From IMG/VR virus record IMGVR_UViG_3300032675_000001, positions 1 to 64,000 of that record: a stretch of DNA of 64,000 nt. One strand, written 5' to 3'. The notes under the pieces are model-generated. The model searched no databases, was not told where the DNA came from, and saw only the letters and a program-made list of their open reading frames with translations. This document shows, piece after piece, positions 47,049 through 55,663 of this stretch. Position numbers and translations under genes: made by a program. Positions within the stretch are counted from its first letter, which is position 1; each line of letters begins with the position of its first letter.

Positions 47049-47561
47049 CTACACACAGGAGATTATGTTGTCAAGCAGAAAAACAGTAATCTTTGAAAAA
47101 CCTTCCTCTTCGGTTGGAAGGGTCAAAGACTTAACCATAGTCCCCAGTACATGCTGAGGAATAGTCTTGCCTTTACGAGAGTTTAGCCTGCGTTCCCACT
47201 CATCCTGTTCAGGAGTCGGAAACACCACTGCTTCAAACGTGTATCCATGATTCTTAAAGAAATCAATAAACCTCTTACGAGACTTTACCGACAGATTAGT
47301 GCGATCAATGATCACGCTTTCACCATTTTCTGCACACTCAGTAGCATAGTCCCACATGACCTTTTCAGCAAACCCAACGAGTTCCTTGAATCCCTGATCA
47401 TACGTGTAGCCATACTGGTGTGCTACTTCCTCAATGATCTTGTCAGTGGAAAGCACCACATCATGGCCACGCTTGAACACGTTTTCCACCCTACGCTGAG
47501 CAGTCCACGTGGACTTCCCAGAGCCAGGCACACCGACAAGAATAGTACAGGTCTTAGTCAT
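47049..47561 (-). CDS. Polynucleotide-kinase-like P-loop kinase (kinase domain only)
   Basis: GVPGSGKST, IIDRTNL...R; downstream of the RNA ligase. Confidence 0.75.
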   Translation of the reverse strand: MTKTCTILVGVPGSGKSTWTAQRRVENVFKRGHDVVLSTDKIIEEVAHQYGYTYDQGFKELVGFAEKVMWDYATECAENGESVIIDRTNLSVKSRKRFIDFFKNHGYTFEAVVFPTPEQDEWERRLNSRKGKTIPQHVLGTMVKSLTLPTEEEGFSKITVFLLDNIISCV

Positions 47562-47721
47562 CTTCTTTTTCCTTCAATAGATTGCGAGTTCGTTCCACAA
47601 TACAGTTGCCTTTGTCTTCCAAAAAATGTGCCTGACAATAGCCGTGATGATCATGATGACATGGTTCATCGTGAATGTCAAGCCATTCTTGTAGCAGTTT
47701 GGTTAATTCGTTAGTCATCAT
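47554..47721 (-). CDS. Small His/Cys-rich protein (55 aa)
   Basis: MMTNELTKLLQEWLDIHDEPCHHDHHGYCQAH...C; promoter TTGACA-N17-TATAAA at 47739-47767. Confidence 0.5.
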   Translation of the reverse strand: MMTNELTKLLQEWLDIHDEPCHHDHHGYCQAHFLEDKGNCIVERTRNLLKEKEDD

Positions 47722-47774
47722 AACTACCCTTCATTGTTTTTATATACAAAAATAATTCATATGTCAAGAAGAGA

Positions 47775-47854
47775 GATAAATAGTCGTGAGTCGCGGAAGC
47801 CCAATTCCCACTCACTCTAATGCTATGAAGGAGCAATCAGCATGACTACTTATT
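47775..47854 (+). ncRNA. Conserved structured endonuclease leader, copy 3
   Basis: GATAAATAGTC GTGAGT CGC GGAA gcccaa TTCC C ACTCAC TCTAA TGCT atgaagg AGCA ATCAGC ATG ACTACTTAT. Confidence 0.8.
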
Positions 47855-48540
47855 CAAAAAACAGAACACCCAGCAAAATTTATCGTAAAATTTACGAAGA
47901 TTACTATGGTCCAATCCCAATAGATGCTGATGGAAAATCCTATGAAATTCATCATATAGACGGCAATCATAAAAATAACGACCCATCTAATTTAATCGCA
48001 GTATCTGCACAAGAACATTATGATATTCATTATTCCCAAGGCGATTGGGGAGCTTGCTGGTTAATGGCAGAAAGACTGAAGTTGTCATCAAAAGAAATAT
48101 CAGAATTGGCACGATTGGCGGCGAATAGAAGAGTAGAAAATGGAACTCACAACTTCCAAGATTCGGAGTCCCAGAGAGAAAAAGCACTGAGAATGGTCCG
48201 TGAAGGGACAAATGTTTTTGTTGGCGGCGAAATTCAACGCCAACACAATAGACGCAGAGTAAATGATGGTTCACACCATTTACTCAAACGTCCCGATGGA
48301 ACAAGTCACTCATCAGATAGAGTTAATGCAGGAACCCATAATTTTCAAGACAGCAAGTCTCAGCAGGAAAGAGCATTGAAAAGGGTTAAAAATAAAACTC
48401 ACAATTTTCAAAAAAGAGAAGGATATGAACATCCTTCAACGTCCGAAAAATGGTATTGCCATACTTGCAAAAAAGAAGGAAAGAATGCGGGAAGTAGAGG
48501 TAGATACCACAAAGGACATGAGGTTACTATAATTAAATAG
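47842..48540 (+). CDS. Free-standing HNH homing endonuclease with GTHNF repeats and zinc finger
   Basis: YEIHHIDGNHKNNDPSNL...EHYDIH; CHTC...RYH. Confidence 0.9.
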   Translation: MTTYSKNRTPSKIYRKIYEDYYGPIPIDADGKSYEIHHIDGNHKNNDPSNLIAVSAQEHYDIHYSQGDWGACWLMAERLKLSSKEISELARLAANRRVENGTHNFQDSESQREKALRMVREGTNVFVGGEIQRQHNRRRVNDGSHHLLKRPDGTSHSSDRVNAGTHNFQDSKSQQERALKRVKNKTHNFQKREGYEHPSTSEKWYCHTCKKEGKNAGSRGRYHKGHEVTIIK

Positions 48541-49768
48541 CATTAAACTTTACGTTGTGGAACCATTTGTCTCGCAGTGCTTCATACTTAGTATTGCGAG
48601 ACAAATTGTTAATAATAACACTATATATTGCATCTTTAACTTGCTCTTTAGTGCCTTCTTTATCCCACAAAGAGAACATAATAGGGCGCGTGAAGCTATC
48701 AAAGTTGGTTGCGTGATTAATTGCAAATTCTTTACGATCACCGATATACTTATCAGATTTATAAAATTGAACATCAGACCAAATTTTATTAACCCTCTGA
48801 TTGATTGCTTTGTTAAAGTCATTTTCAAACACAGTAATTGCATCGCGATCCTCTACGGGTAGATGTGCCTTAACATCATCGATGGTGTTTTCCAATATCA
48901 TTTGCACTACATTGCGATCTTGCAGGATTGCTTCCTTCGCCTTATGAATCTGGAGATACCAATGGCACTTCAACTTCAACATATGCCCATCATCAAAACG
49001 AACCACGAATCCTTCAAGGTCTTCCAGATCACGAACGTATTCAAGGAAAGCCTTCATATCAGTCTGCGGCTCGAATGCACGAACTACAGGAAGATATCCG
49101 CCCTTAAATGTAAATGCATTAACATTACCGACCATAGCATCATGTGTAAGATATCGGCCCGTGTCCATCTGGCGAATAGCAGTCAGAACAAGCTGATCTT
49201 CTTTATAATCAAGAACGATACGTTGCTTACGCGAACACCATTCAAAGATAGGCGTTAGGCCAGCCAGAAGCATTTCAACTGCAAACTCTTCATAAAGAGG
49301 ATTGTTCTTGACGAACTCCTCAACAGGCTTTGCCACATCGGTAGCACCCATCTTCGTGCCCCAGATCATCTGACCATCCACAATGAACGGTGCAATCATG
49401 GAACCATCCAGCTTCTCAAGGATCACATGAGGACGCGACAGATCAATGACATGATCCTGAGTCTCTTCACGCTCGTTCACGTTGAAGAACTTATGGAACG
49501 GACGACGAATGATGTCACCAGTCTTCGAGTCGAAGATGATACCACGACATTCACGGCGAATACGAGCATGAAGATTTTCTATTTCATAATGATCATGATT
49601 ACCACGCAAATCATTAGAAGCAATCACATCAGGAAACGTATCAGCCATCATCACATTGTAAGAAATACAAGTATAAGGACCTTTATCCGCAATAATGAAC
49701 TCGTCCCTGCCTTCGATAGCAGGGAGCACATCAGAAATATTTTTAATAATCGGGAAGGTATAATTCAT
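48533..49768 (-). CDS. rnlA: RNA ligase 1 (T4 Rnl1-like)
   Basis: RECRGIIF, PFHKFFN, EKLDGS motif I, FEW, EGFVV, LKLK. Confidence 0.92.
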   Translation of the reverse strand: MNYTFPIIKNISDVLPAIEGRDEFIIADKGPYTCISYNVMMADTFPDVIASNDLRGNHDHYEIENLHARIRRECRGIIFDSKTGDIIRRPFHKFFNVNEREETQDHVIDLSRPHVILEKLDGSMIAPFIVDGQMIWGTKMGATDVAKPVEEFVKNNPLYEEFAVEMLLAGLTPIFEWCSRKQRIVLDYKEDQLVLTAIRQMDTGRYLTHDAMVGNVNAFTFKGGYLPVVRAFEPQTDMKAFLEYVRDLEDLEGFVVRFDDGHMLKLKCHWYLQIHKAKEAILQDRNVVQMILENTIDDVKAHLPVEDRDAITVFENDFNKAINQRVNKIWSDVQFYKSDKYIGDRKEFAINHATNFDSFTRPIMFSLWDKEGTKEQVKDAIYSVIINNLSRNTKYEALRDKWFHNVKFNAI

Positions 49769-49829
49769 GATGTATCTCCCATTTCACTGTCACTGTTATA
49801 GCACATATAATGATGATGTCAAGCAGAAA

Positions 49830-49911
49830 GATAAATAAAGTTGTAGTTCGCGGAATGGGGATTCCCAACTACTCTAACGCTTAAGAGGAGCAATCAGCAT
49901 GAATATTTATC
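49830..49911 (+). ncRNA. Conserved structured endonuclease leader, copy 4
   Basis: GATAAATAAAGTT GTAGTT CGC GGAAT gggg ATTCC C AACTAC TCTAA CGCT taagagg AGCA ATCAGC ATG AATATTTATC. Confidence 0.8.
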
Positions 49912-50627
49912 ACGCGACAAATGACCGTTCACCTTACACATATTTGATCGGATGGACAAAACATAATATATGGTATTATGGAGTAAGATATGCTAAAGGG
50001 TGTCACCCATCCGAATTCTGGATAAAATACAAAACTTCATCGAATTATGTAGCAGACTTCGTGGCGGTGCATGGTGATCCAGATATTATACAAATAAGAA
50101 AAACATTTACTAATGTTGAATCCGCCAGGCAGTGGGAAACCAAAGTACTCAAAAGATTAAAAGTAATCAAATTAGAGAAATGGCTGAATAAACATGATGG
50201 TAAGGCAGTAGACCCTGCAATCCTATCTATCACAACAGCCCGCATGAATGCGAACATGACTTCGGAAGAAAAAACTCAACGCGGAAAGAAAGGTATGGAT
50301 TCAAGATGGTCTACGGATTCTTCCCTTCGTCCAATAATAGAAATAGTTTGTCCTGTTTGCGGAACACGCATTATCACAAGGGACCCGCATATATCCACGT
50401 GCAGTAAAAAATGTGGATATATTAATAGACCATCACAAAAAAACATACCAAAACTGAAAAACAGTAAAACATATATCATTCAATATCCAGATAATACTGA
50501 ACACATTATTACAGGACTTCGTAAATTCTGCATAGAACATTGTCTCACAGAAAGAATACTATCCAGTACTCTTTCCGGTAAAAGAAACAAACAACATAAG
50601 GGATACAAAATTGTAAAGGCATTATAA
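49899..50627 (+). CDS. Free-standing GIY-YIG-like homing endonuclease with zinc ribbon and NUMOD1-like C-terminus
   Basis: PYTYLIGW...WYYGVRY...YKTSS...WETKVL...WLN; CPVCG...CSKKC; FCIEH...HKGY. Confidence 0.8.
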   Translation: MNIYHATNDRSPYTYLIGWTKHNIWYYGVRYAKGCHPSEFWIKYKTSSNYVADFVAVHGDPDIIQIRKTFTNVESARQWETKVLKRLKVIKLEKWLNKHDGKAVDPAILSITTARMNANMTSEEKTQRGKKGMDSRWSTDSSLRPIIEIVCPVCGTRIITRDPHISTCSKKCGYINRPSQKNIPKLKNSKTYIIQYPDNTEHIITGLRKFCIEHCLTERILSSTLSGKRNKQHKGYKIVKAL

Positions 50628-50642
50628 TTCTATTTGATCGTC

Positions 50643-51053
50643 TTACCCCTTAATTGATCCAAAGAACCGAATGATGTTTTCCATCACGGTGTCCGTGCGT
50701 TTACTGTTGCAGGAGCTACACACGAACTCACAGTTATGACAAAGAGTTGATCCATAACGATACGGAATAACGTGGTCTGCCGTTGCCTCAGGACAAAATC
50801 CATATTCGTTAATATGGAACTGAACGCCACAATCTTTACATTTGAAATCCTGCAAAGACAAAAGGTAAATTTTTCTTTGCCTATCTTTTTCGCTTTTGCT
50901 AAAAGACCTGCTACTTCTCCGAATCCTCTTAGGCGGCAGCCGACTATTGAGGAAGTTCTGCAAAGCAATATAGTTGCGGTGCATTCCTTGGGTTAGAACC
51001 AATTCGGATTTCACGGTAAACAATCTCTCTTTTGCTACATTCTCACCATACAC
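50643..51053 (-). CDS. HNH nuclease (McrA-like zinc-binding type, no conserved leader)
   Basis: CKDCG...ADHVIP...G...NCEFVCSSCNSKR. Confidence 0.8.
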   Translation of the reverse strand: MYGENVAKERLFTVKSELVLTQGMHRNYIALQNFLNSRLPPKRIRRSSRSFSKSEKDRQRKIYLLSLQDFKCKDCGVQFHINEYGFCPEATADHVIPYRYGSTLCHNCEFVCSSCNSKRTDTVMENIIRFFGSIKG

Positions 51054-51068
51054 GATTCTGGAATAGTG

Positions 51069-51269
51069 TCAAGAGTGGATTTGGATATCTTTGAGATGCG
51101 GAGCGATCTGCTTGGCAGAATATTGCACCTCGTTGATTTCAAAGAACCAACGACCAGACTCTTCTCGTTTCAGTTTCAGTGCTTCACCTTCACGAAATGG
51201 CGAGATGCCCCAAGTCCAAGGCCGACCCGTTTGAAGCTCAAATACTCCACCTGAAATCTTCGTGATCAT
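51069..51269 (-). CDS. Hypothetical protein
   Basis: 66 aa, SD GGGAG. Confidence 0.55.
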   Translation of the reverse strand: MITKISGGVFELQTGRPWTWGISPFREGEALKLKREESGRWFFEINEVQYSAKQIAPHLKDIQIHS

Positions 51270-51281
51270 AGCAAATCTCCC

Positions 51282-51566
51282 TCAACCAACCACGCTATCA
51301 ATGATATGAACCAAATCTTCGGCATACACGCCTTCATACTGTTTGGTCATGTTGATATCATAGTTACGAATCTTGAAGAAGTCAAGATCATAAAGGTCAG
51401 CGCCTTCATTATACTTGACATACACATAGCCCTTCCACTTGACCATGCCAGAAGTCTTGAACTTGAGACCGTTGCCCATATTCACATATTCTTTTGCGCC
51501 CCAAGCCCAAGTGGCACGAGGGTCAATCGTCTTAATCTGCGAAAGAATGGTTTGTGCAATGCTCAT
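51282..51566 (-). CDS. Early hypothetical protein
   Basis: 94 aa, SD GGAG, TTGACA-N17-TATATC promoter. Confidence 0.65.
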   Translation of the reverse strand: MSIAQTILSQIKTIDPRATWAWGAKEYVNMGNGLKFKTSGMVKWKGYVYVKYNEGADLYDLDFFKIRNYDINMTKQYEGVYAEDLVHIIDSVVG

Positions 51567-51637
51567 GTCAATCTCCGTCTTCTCAGTGTGTGTTTGATAT
51601 ACACACCGGAAGAACGGATGTCAACATGTTTTTCATA

Positions 51638-52402
51638 TTATTTTATTTCCCATTTGTGCTGGGAAGAATAATACTGCAAATGGTCCTTGTAGGATTTGAT
51701 GAACTTTGCTTCTACTGAGATTGGCGTAGATGCAATGTGGGTTTCCCATAACGGAATCAATGGGTTGGCCTTCTCAACTTCAAGAACAACCTTATTCTCA
51801 TTTTCATCGCGGAACCAATATTCAAATCGTGGCTTACTCTTTTTGTTAGCATCAAGCTTCTTGATGTAAGTAAGAGTTTTCTTACCTTGTTCTTCTGTAT
51901 TGCCACCAACAATTGAATACTCAGTTCCAAAAATGTCAATCAACCCAAGATCATACTCGTAGAAATATGGGAGTTTGTATGCAATCTTGCACTGAGTATC
52001 GGTATACTGATTAGTGGTGTTAGAAAACAATGCACAAAGGCGTTCTCTGAAATCTGATAGTTTTTCACCACGCAGTTTCAGAACAATAATCTTCTGTTCG
52101 TAGTGCTTCTTGATATCAGAGGCGAGAATACGATCTTCATCAGTAATGAATGGTGCGATGATTTTTTGATCTTCACCAATGATGAGAACCTGAACCGGTT
52201 TACGTAAAGTATTCAGTTCATGATTATTTGGATCATCCTTGTACATCTGCTTGAGACGCTTGACAGTACAAGAAAGAACAATGGGGTCCTCAGTTATATC
52301 ATATGTCGCTTCATATGTTTTGATAGAAGTGCCAAAACTGCCAAAAGCAGCATCAGCAGTTATTGAGGGTAGTTGTGCTATATTGAATACATTGTTTTTC
52401 AT
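51638..52402 (-). CDS. Hypothetical protein
   Basis: 254 aa; AYKLPYFYEYD. Confidence 0.65.
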   Translation of the reverse strand: MKNNVFNIAQLPSITADAAFGSFGTSIKTYEATYDITEDPIVLSCTVKRLKQMYKDDPNNHELNTLRKPVQVLIIGEDQKIIAPFITDEDRILASDIKKHYEQKIIVLKLRGEKLSDFRERLCALFSNTTNQYTDTQCKIAYKLPYFYEYDLGLIDIFGTEYSIVGGNTEEQGKKTLTYIKKLDANKKSKPRFEYWFRDENENKVVLEVEKANPLIPLWETHIASTPISVEAKFIKSYKDHLQYYSSQHKWEIK

Positions 52403-52445
52403 GTTTTCACTTTACATTAGTTTGAGTTAAAATACAAGGATAAAG

Positions 52446-52904
52446 TTATCCAATCGTGATATCTTCCATACCAGCAGTTCTGAGACGAACAATGTGTCCC
52501 AATTGCCACTGCTTAGTATCAATACCTTTCATTATGCCTAACCATTTGTTACGCAACAGAGCGACTTCGTTTATAAGAACTTCCATATCAATAACTTCAT
52601 CTTCGCCATCCGCGTATTTTTCAGCATCTCTACTGGTCAATGCTCTAGCATATCCTTCAAGATATTTCTTGAAGTGTTTTTTATGTATCTTTTTTAGTTG
52701 AATGTTTAGAAAGTTGAGAACCGCTTCAATCTCTTGAAGTTGGTTGAAGCGGAACTCTGTTATACCTGGTAGTTTAGAAATGTTCTTTTCAACATTCCCA
52801 TATACTTTTACGTCATTCTTGGCTGATAATAACTCATTTTCATAATGAGTAATAAAGTCGGGAAGGACGCTTAAATCTTGTGTGATTTGGCTATACCAAG
52901 ACAT
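52446..52904 (-). CDS. uvsY: Recombination mediator (UvsY-like)
   Basis: Helical; YLEGY...DAEKYADG...GIMKGIDTKQWQL; downstream of uvsX. Confidence 0.75.
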   Translation of the reverse strand: MSWYSQITQDLSVLPDFITHYENELLSAKNDVKVYGNVEKNISKLPGITEFRFNQLQEIEAVLNFLNIQLKKIHKKHFKKYLEGYARALTSRDAEKYADGEDEVIDMEVLINEVALLRNKWLGIMKGIDTKQWQLGHIVRLRTAGMEDITIG

Positions 52905-53173
52905 TACCAATCTTCATCTTCATCTTCGTGATAATCATCAAATAGATCATCAACTTGTTCATGATATAGTCCATCTTCCGGTGATTCCATGAAAAATTCA
53001 AGTGCATCCTTAATTTCTTTGTCACCACGGAAAGTATATTTGATTTCTGCAGGAGAATAGTCTTCTTCAATGAGATAGTTGACTAGCGTTTCTGCTGCTT
53101 CATCGGCAACATTACCAGAATCAAGACTTGGCTTGAGTGTCTTCCAGATTTCATTGATAAGTGCTAAACTCAT
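52904..53173 (-). CDS. Acidic hypothetical protein
   Basis: 89 aa, coupled between uvsX and uvsY. Confidence 0.6.
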   Translation of the reverse strand: MSLALINEIWKTLKPSLDSGNVADEAAETLVNYLIEEDYSPAEIKYTFRGDKEIKDALEFFMESPEDGLYHEQVDDLFDDYHEDEDEDW

Positions 53174-54231
53174 TCCATCACCTCATCTTCAATGTGTTTG
53201 ATTGTCAATGGCTGCTTATTGAACTCTTCCATAATCGTATCCAAGCAACCGTCTGCATTTGCTTCCCATGCTTTGCGGAACTTTTTGATAAGGGTTCCAT
53301 CAATCTTGGTATAGACAAGTGAGTTGCCTTCCTTTTTTAGGAGTTCCATACCCTCAAACATATCAGTAAGACCAGAATATGGATTCATGCCGGTATCATA
53401 TGGAATTTTGACTTGAACGGATTCAAATGGCTTGGCATAACGGGTCTTCATGATCTTGCAGGCGGCGCGAATACCATTAACCTGACTTGTTTTGTTGCCG
53501 TCTTCGTCTTCCTTGAGCTTAAGCTTACGCATAGCTACAACGATAGATGAGGCGTAAATAAAGCCCTGACCACCTGAAATCTTGTCATCTGGATCAAACA
53601 TGTCCTGTGAAGCATAAGTATGATTTGTTGCAACAAGACCAACATTATGGCTACCGAACATGTTTACACAGTTGCGAACAAGTGCAGTTAATGCCTTTGG
53701 CTTACGACCCATATCACCCTTCAAATCACCACCTTCAAACTGATTAACATCAGTTGGAGTTAGCAACATGCCTAGTGAGTCAATGATGAATAAAACCTTA
53801 GGCTTGTCAGCATCTGATATTGCCTTGTATCCCTTCATGAACTCGCTGATAGTCTTAGCAACGTCATCAATCATTGCCATATTCAACTTGAGTAACTTAT
53901 TTTCATCAGTGCTCACACCAAGAGCATGAAGCCATGCTTCATCAAGTGCGTTTTCACTATCAATCAGAACAACAAAGATGCCTTGTTCTTGTGCATGTTT
54001 AATCAGATTGCCCGAGCAAATGTAAGACTTTCCTGCACCCGATTCGCCCGCGAATACAGTAACTTTACCAAGAGGAACACCCTTATTGAAGTCGCTGCTG
54101 ATGCGAAAATTTAATGCGTAGTTGCCTGTGCTAACCCAATCTGTTGGGTCATTAAACCCGATACTAAGACCGTCAATAGCCTTAGTGATATCTTTACGGA
54201 ACTTTGAAACGTCAAAGGGTTTCGTTGTCAA
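53170..54231 (-). CDS. uvsX: RecA-family recombinase (UvsX)
   Basis: GESGAGKS, IDSENA, IDSLG, TNHTY, SGGQG. Confidence 0.95.
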   Translation of the reverse strand: MTTKPFDVSKFRKDITKAIDGLSIGFNDPTDWVSTGNYALNFRISSDFNKGVPLGKVTVFAGESGAGKSYICSGNLIKHAQEQGIFVVLIDSENALDEAWLHALGVSTDENKLLKLNMAMIDDVAKTISEFMKGYKAISDADKPKVLFIIDSLGMLLTPTDVNQFEGGDLKGDMGRKPKALTALVRNCVNMFGSHNVGLVATNHTYASQDMFDPDDKISGGQGFIYASSIVVAMRKLKLKEDEDGNKTSQVNGIRAACKIMKTRYAKPFESVQVKIPYDTGMNPYSGLTDMFEGMELLKKEGNSLVYTKIDGTLIKKFRKAWEANADGCLDTIMEEFNKQPLTIKHIEDEVME

Positions 54232-54244
54232 GTATAATCTCCTA

Positions 54245-54475
54245 TTATCGTGCGATTTGTTTTAATTTATCATTATGTGAATATTTTTCAAGCATTTCTG
54301 GATTGTTCAGTGCAAGTTGATCAATCTCGTAATCACTTGGAAAGTGTCGTAGAATGCCACGTGCGCGGTCACGAATAATGCTTGGGACTCTTGGAGTCTT
54401 ACCGGGATCACAAAGTTCTTCTAAAAGTTTCTTGCCCTGCTTTAATGATCGGTATCTATCCTCTGCGGTTGTCAT
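54245..54475 (-). CDS. Small protein (RVP..IR..AR..LRHFP family)
   Basis: 76 aa, SD GGAG. Confidence 0.6.
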   Translation of the reverse strand: MTTAEDRYRSLKQGKKLLEELCDPGKTPRVPSIIRDRARGILRHFPSDYEIDQLALNNPEMLEKYSHNDKLKQIAR

Positions 54476-54495
54476 AAGACATCTCCTTAAAGAAT

Positions 54496-54517
54496 GGGGA
54501 GGGCATGACCCCTCCCC
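54496..54517 (-). terminator. Hairpin after the SSB gene
   Basis: GGGGAGGG-catgac-CCCTCCCC. Confidence 0.6.
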
Positions 54518-54524
54518 TGTCTAA

Positions 54525-55505
54525 TCACTTAGACTGACGTGCACGGATCATCTGCAAAATGTCCTGTGCCTTGTCGCTTGAAGTTGACTTCTGTGGAACC
54601 ACGATAGGATCAACATCAAACGGAGGTGTGTCATCTTCCGCAGGGGTAGATGCTACCGAATCCGTTTCGTTTGTGTTGGCAGGTGCCGATTGCTGTGCTG
54701 GAGTTGTACCAGCAGGAGCTTCCAATCCATAAGGACGGTAATAAGCACCCCACTTATCATTGTCGTAAGGGCGACCATCAACAGATGCTTCAAACATTTC
54801 CTTAATGATGCGAAGTTCAGCTTCGCTTGGCTTCTTAGGAAGGAAACTCTTAAGGTCAAAAAGACCATGTGCATCAATAGCTGCCAACTCTGCTTCAGTC
54901 AACGGGGTTTCCTTACGTGCATAGTTGGAAGTTGAGTAGTCTGCATAACCACCCTTGCTGGTCTTACGGATAATGAAATCCAAACCTGCATTGTAGTCAG
55001 TTGGCAGTTCGCTCATTTCAGGGTCCATCAAACCAGTCTTAATGATAGGAATGATCTGTGGGCTGATAACGAGACGGCGAATCGGATTAGGTGGGGTTAC
55101 ATCATCACCAAGAGGATTCTGACGAACGAAGCCCTGAAACAGGTAAGTACGCTTCTTCCAGTACTTGTTAGCAAGTTCCTTAAGAGAGTCATCCTTGTAC
55201 CAAGGGCGAACTTCGGCAAGAACTGGGCAGTTATCGCCATACATTTCTACGCAAGGAACCTGAACGATAATCTGCTTGCTGTCGCCACCTTTTACACCAT
55301 TGAAAGGCAGCTTGAGCATTGCTCTTTCTACCCAGAAAAATGAGTTGGTAGGATCGTTGTCAGGAAGAAAACGAACGGTTGCCGAAGAACCTTCGCTGAT
55401 GTTCCAGAACGGATAGATTGCGTTATCGGATTGAGTGTTGGGACCCTTGTTCTGTCCCTTGTCTTGTGCTGCTAAGCGAGCACGTATTTCTGCTAAACTT
55501 GCCAT
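54525..55505 (-). CDS. Single-stranded DNA-binding protein (gp32-like)
   Basis: VRFLP, PCVEMYGDNCPV, GLDFIIRK, GYADYSTS, acidic tail. Confidence 0.9.
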   Translation of the reverse strand: MASLAEIRARLAAQDKGQNKGPNTQSDNAIYPFWNISEGSSATVRFLPDNDPTNSFFWVERAMLKLPFNGVKGGDSKQIIVQVPCVEMYGDNCPVLAEVRPWYKDDSLKELANKYWKKRTYLFQGFVRQNPLGDDVTPPNPIRRLVISPQIIPIIKTGLMDPEMSELPTDYNAGLDFIIRKTSKGGYADYSTSNYARKETPLTEAELAAIDAHGLFDLKSFLPKKPSEAELRIIKEMFEASVDGRPYDNDKWGAYYRPYGLEAPAGTTPAQQSAPANTNETDSVASTPAEDDTPPFDVDPIVVPQKSTSSDKAQDILQMIRARQSK

Positions 55506-55589
55506 TGTGTATTCTCCTTTAAAATGTGCTAAATGTTGAGCTAGGTTTGAGTTTCATGTTTTGCTGTCGGAGACAACTAACACTTTATG

Positions 55590-55618
55590 GTTATATAACA
55601 ATAACCACTTAGTGTCAA
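55590..55618 (-). promoter_or_regulatory. Sigma70 promoter of the SSB gene
   Basis: TTGACA-N17-TATAAC. Confidence 0.75.
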
Positions 55619-55663
55619 GATATTTAGTAATGTTTGTGGACCAAAATATGTTATTATATTGCG

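Noticed and set aside
50643-51053. HNH gene as another member of the leader-bearing family
   Set aside because: Different HNH subtype, with no leader, repeats or terminal zinc finger.
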